DNA of 7,476 bases from an uncultured archaeon (GTDB lineage Archaea; Iainarchaeota; Iainarchaeia; Iainarchaeales; 0-14-0-20-30-16), in contig CAZQQS010000024.1 in NCBI GenBank assembly GCA_964595665.1, positions 1-7,476 on the forward strand. The letters are read 5' to 3'. Within the stretch, counting starts at the first letter, position 1; every line of letters begins with the position of its first letter. The translations under genes were made by a program, and so were the position numbers. This document shows, in pieces, positions 5,396 to 7,476 of this stretch. The notes under the pieces are model-generated. The model was not told the DNA's origin, did not search any database, and worked only from the letters and a program-made list of their open reading frames with translations.

Positions 5396-6375
5396 ATTCT
5401 AGGTGGACAATAAATTACTATTTCGTGAGATCCTTTTATGTGATCTGCACCTTTTTCTATCCTATTTTTCCCTATTCTAGTTTCTCCTTGACCCATAGTA
5501 TATTGCCATGTAGGAAAACTTAATTTATATTCTTTATACCATTCTCTAATTGTTGGGCAGTCATTATAAGATACAATAAAGCCGCCTTTATGATTTTTAA
5601 GTAATTCTCTAAGTTTTTCGTGTTTAAATCCATTGTGATGTATTGGTATATTCCTCATAGGATATATCCCTTTAAACATTTTTGATCCTTCTCCAATATA
5701 ATATGGAGGATCGCAATAAAAGAAATCGTTAGGATATTTCTTGAAAACCTCTTCGAAATCCCCACACTCTACTTTTAGATTTTTTGGTTTGAAATCTCTA
5801 ACTTTTTCAATTGTGTGATTATATTTTTTATTATCTAAATAAATTTTAGATGTCCAACCTAAAAAACCGGGGCCATAGGACAAATTAAAATTAAAATAAT
5901 AGTATACTGCTAATGTTAATGAATCTAATTTTGTTTTTCCTTCCCAGTGTGCCTTCAATTTCAATCTAATATCAGTATATGTTTTTTCATCAGGATTTAT
6001 TTCTTTTAATCTATCATAAAGTTGTTTTGGTTTTTCTATTTGAAATTTCCAATAATTAACTAATATATCAAATATATCATAACCAATAACTTCTAAATCC
6101 AAATATTTACTTGCAGCAATTTCTACTGAACCTCCGCCAAAAAAAGGAGAAATTAATCTCGTAGTTGTGTTTGGTAATAATTCAATAATATACCCAACAG
6201 CTAAACTTTTGCCTCCTGCATATCTTATTGGAGATACTGGCACTCTCTTATAATAATTCATACTTTTTGGATTTTTACTTCTAATACTATCCAAAAAGTT
6301 TCTTTTCTTTATCTCAAATTCATTATTTTTATTTTTAAAAAGTAATTTTTGAGAATCATTTATTTTTGCAGCCAT
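5392..6375 (-). CDS. N6-adenine DNA methyltransferase, D12/Dam class (alpha group)
   Basis: 327-aa ORF. It has RYAGGKS (Dam-family N-terminal motif), FFGGGSVE (motif I, FxGxG) and FYCDPPYY (motif IV, DPPY, encoded at 5701-5712). Motif I precedes motif IV, which is the alpha-group order. Confidence 0.85.
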   Translation of the reverse strand: MAAKINDSQKLLFKNKNNEFEIKKRNFLDSIRSKNPKSMNYYKRVPVSPIRYAGGKSLAVGYIIELLPNTTTRLISPFFGGGSVEIAASKYLDLEVIGYDIFDILVNYWKFQIEKPKQLYDRLKEINPDEKTYTDIRLKLKAHWEGKTKLDSLTLAVYYYFNFNLSYGPGFLGWTSKIYLDNKKYNHTIEKVRDFKPKNLKVECGDFEEVFKKYPNDFFYCDPPYYIGEGSKMFKGIYPMRNIPIHHNGFKHEKLRELLKNHKGGFIVSYNDCPTIREWYKEYKLSFPTWQYTMGQGETRIGKNRIEKGADHIKGSHEIVIYCPPRI

Positions 6376-6403
6376 ATTATATCAATAAGATTGTGTTTTA
6401 ACT

Positions 6404-6415
6404 AATTTAAAAAGC
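6404..6415 (-). promoter_or_regulatory. TATA-like box (CTTTTTAAATTA on the minus strand) for the methyltransferase gene
   Basis: About 30-40 nt upstream of ATG 6375. There is no SD-like sequence, so the transcript is probably short-leader or leaderless. Confidence 0.35.
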
Positions 6416-6421
6416 TTTCTA

Positions 6422-6442
6422 GGGTACTTGTCCGATGCGAAA
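6422..6442. repeat. 21-nt motif GGGTACTTGTCCGATGCGAAA, copy 2 of 2
   Basis: 19/21 identity to 61-81. It lies between the Nudix stop (6445) and the methyltransferase TATA box. Confidence 0.6.
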
Positions 6443-6444
6443 AT

Positions 6445-6837
6445 TTATCTTTTTAATTCATTTACTACTTGTACATCTGCGGGTGCAAATTTATAATTAT
6501 CAATTTCAGCAAGATTTATCCATTTTATTTGTTCGTGTGAATTAACTTTTATTTCTCCTTTAAAAGAATCTACTAAAAAAACCATTAATTCAATTTCAAC
6601 ATCTGAGGTTATATAATTTGAAATACAAAATAAATTACCGACGTTTGCCTCTATATTTAATTCTTCAAATAACTCTCTTTTTAAGCAACCTTCCGGGGTT
6701 TCATTAAGTTCTATCTTCCCCCCTGGAAATTCCCACAATAATGAAAAAAAGTCTTCTTTTTTTCTTTGAGTAATCAGTATTTTCCCCTCTTTTTTAATTA
6801 TACCTGCGATTACTAGTATTTTTTTCAAAATTCTCAC
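6445..6837 (-). CDS. Nudix hydrolase, MutT/NudG-like
   Basis: 130-aa ORF. LWEFPGGKIELNETPEGCLKRELFEELN fits the Nudix box Gx5Ex7REUxEExGU, with the last G replaced by N. The ORF starts at GTG (CAC at 6835-6837), 6 nt after the upstream Nudix stop. Confidence 0.8.
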   Translation of the reverse strand: MRILKKILVIAGIIKKEGKILITQRKKEDFFSLLWEFPGGKIELNETPEGCLKRELFEELNIEANVGNLFCISNYITSDVEIELMVFLVDSFKGEIKVNSHEQIKWINLAEIDNYKFAPADVQVVNELKR

Positions 6838-6843
6838 AATATT

Positions 6844-7356
6844 TTACTTAATGTTATCAATAAAATGTTTTATTGCTTCTCTAAAGGTTGGTGCAAAGTC
6901 TTCTGGGTTTTTGTTTATCTCTTCTTTTATTTCGTCTAAACTGAAATCTTTGAAGTATTGAATCTCTTCAGGATTTGGTTTTAATATGTTTGGATTTATT
7001 TCATCTTTAGTGGTATATACTTTGAAAAAACTTTTATATTCTGGAGTATCATAAAAGAAAGAACAAACTTCTTGAAGTTCTAGTTGTGTTCCTACTTCTT
7101 CAATACTTTCTCTTATTGCACCATCTAGATAAGATTCATTTGCAAGAATCTTCCCTCCAATACAACAAATCCAAGTATTTGGAAATGGTTGTTGCGTTTT
7201 TGACCTTTTTGAGAGAATAAATCTATTGTTTGCAGTTCTTGGGATTACTAAAGAACATTTATGAAAAAACATTCTTGTTTTAAGTTCTGATTTTGGATGA
7301 ACAGCTATAATATTTCCATTAATGTCTAGCTCTTCAATAAATTCTTCAGAAATCAT
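6844..7356 (-). CDS. Nudix hydrolase (second, divergent paralogue)
   Basis: 170-aa ORF. GGKILANESYLDGAIRESIEEVG fits the Nudix box exactly (G-x5-E-x7-RE-x2-EE-x-G). Confidence 0.8.
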   Translation of the reverse strand: MISEEFIEELDINGNIIAVHPKSELKTRMFFHKCSLVIPRTANNRFILSKRSKTQQPFPNTWICCIGGKILANESYLDGAIRESIEEVGTQLELQEVCSFFYDTPEYKSFFKVYTTKDEINPNILKPNPEEIQYFKDFSLDEIKEEINKNPEDFAPTFREAIKHFIDNIK

Positions 7357-7385
7357 TTCTATTCAATAAAATTTTAGTCTAAAAC

Positions 7386-7396
7386 TCTTTAAAAAC
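7386..7396 (-). promoter_or_regulatory. TATA-like box (GTTTTTAAAGAG on the minus strand) for the Nudix operon
   Basis: About 30-40 nt upstream of ATG 7356. It is the same TTTTTAAA type as the box upstream of the methyltransferase. Confidence 0.35.
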
Positions 7397-7476
7397 ATGC
7401 CCTTTGCCATAGAAGAAAGAGGTTTTCTTAACCAAAAAGGATTTGAAAAGATTATATATTATATTATAGGAATTAT
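7397..7476 (+). CDS. Possible 5' end of a gene running off the window (MPFAIEERGFLNQKGFEKIIYYIIGI...)
   Basis: The frame is open from ATG 7397 to the window edge, 26 codons by my translation. It is divergent from the Nudix operon. An A/T-rich box (AATAAAATTTTAG) lies about 25-30 nt upstream. It is too short to assess. Confidence 0.25.
   Translation, partial: MPFAIEERGFLNQKGFEKIIYYIIGI

Noticed and set aside
7408-7450. Weak third partial copy of the left part of the 131-nt repeat (AGAAGAAAGAGGTT vs AGAAGAAATAGGTT, TTTGAAAAG vs TTTGAATAG)
   Set aside because: The matches are short purine-rich low-complexity stretches that need a 9-nt gap to align. This is consistent with chance in this composition, and the region may be coding.
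1-7476. GATC avoidance as a clue to the methyltransferase/nuclease specificity
   Set aside because: I counted at least eleven GATC sites by eye across the window, including inside the R-M genes. That is not obviously depleted for this composition, so no specificity can be inferred from one window.

Overview
Very AT-rich prokaryotic window. Promoters look archaeal: cGAAAA(BRE)+TATATA or TTTTTAAA/TATTTAAATA boxes sit about 30-45 nt upstream of start codons, and Shine-Dalgarno signal is weak. This points to an AT-rich archaeon (DPANN-like or methanogen-like), which is an inference only. Ten of the twelve tracked ORFs look real; the two antisense ORFs are rejected. I add one unlisted 57-aa two-TM ORF (2040-2213) and a low-confidence partial ORF at the right edge. 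Layout from left to right: (1) a 21-nt motif; (2) a 131-nt repeat, copy A; (3) a wHTH protein of unknown function (-); (4) a PIN-like nuclease plus a small membrane peptide (+); (5) a tight minus-strand operon of GrpB nucleotidyltransferase-fold protein, a GNAT acetyltransferase fused to a nuclease-remnant/DUF4268-like C-terminus, and a small EVE/PUA-like protein; (6) the 131-nt repeat, copy B; (7) a convergent type II R-M-like pair, made of a 190-aa candidate nuclease with a GIY-YIG-like motif and a Dam/D12-class m6A methyltransferase, whose stop codons overlap; (8) the 21-nt motif again; (9) two tandem Nudix hydrolases. The best candidate for something new is the roughly 4.3-kb module bracketed by the direct repeats (235-4573). 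It combines a PIN nuclease, a membrane peptide, an EVE-type reader fold, a GNAT/nuclease-remnant fusion and an NTase-fold protein next to an R-M system, with no integrase or transposase. All domain calls rest on motifs read by eye and remembered family consensus patterns. No searches were run.
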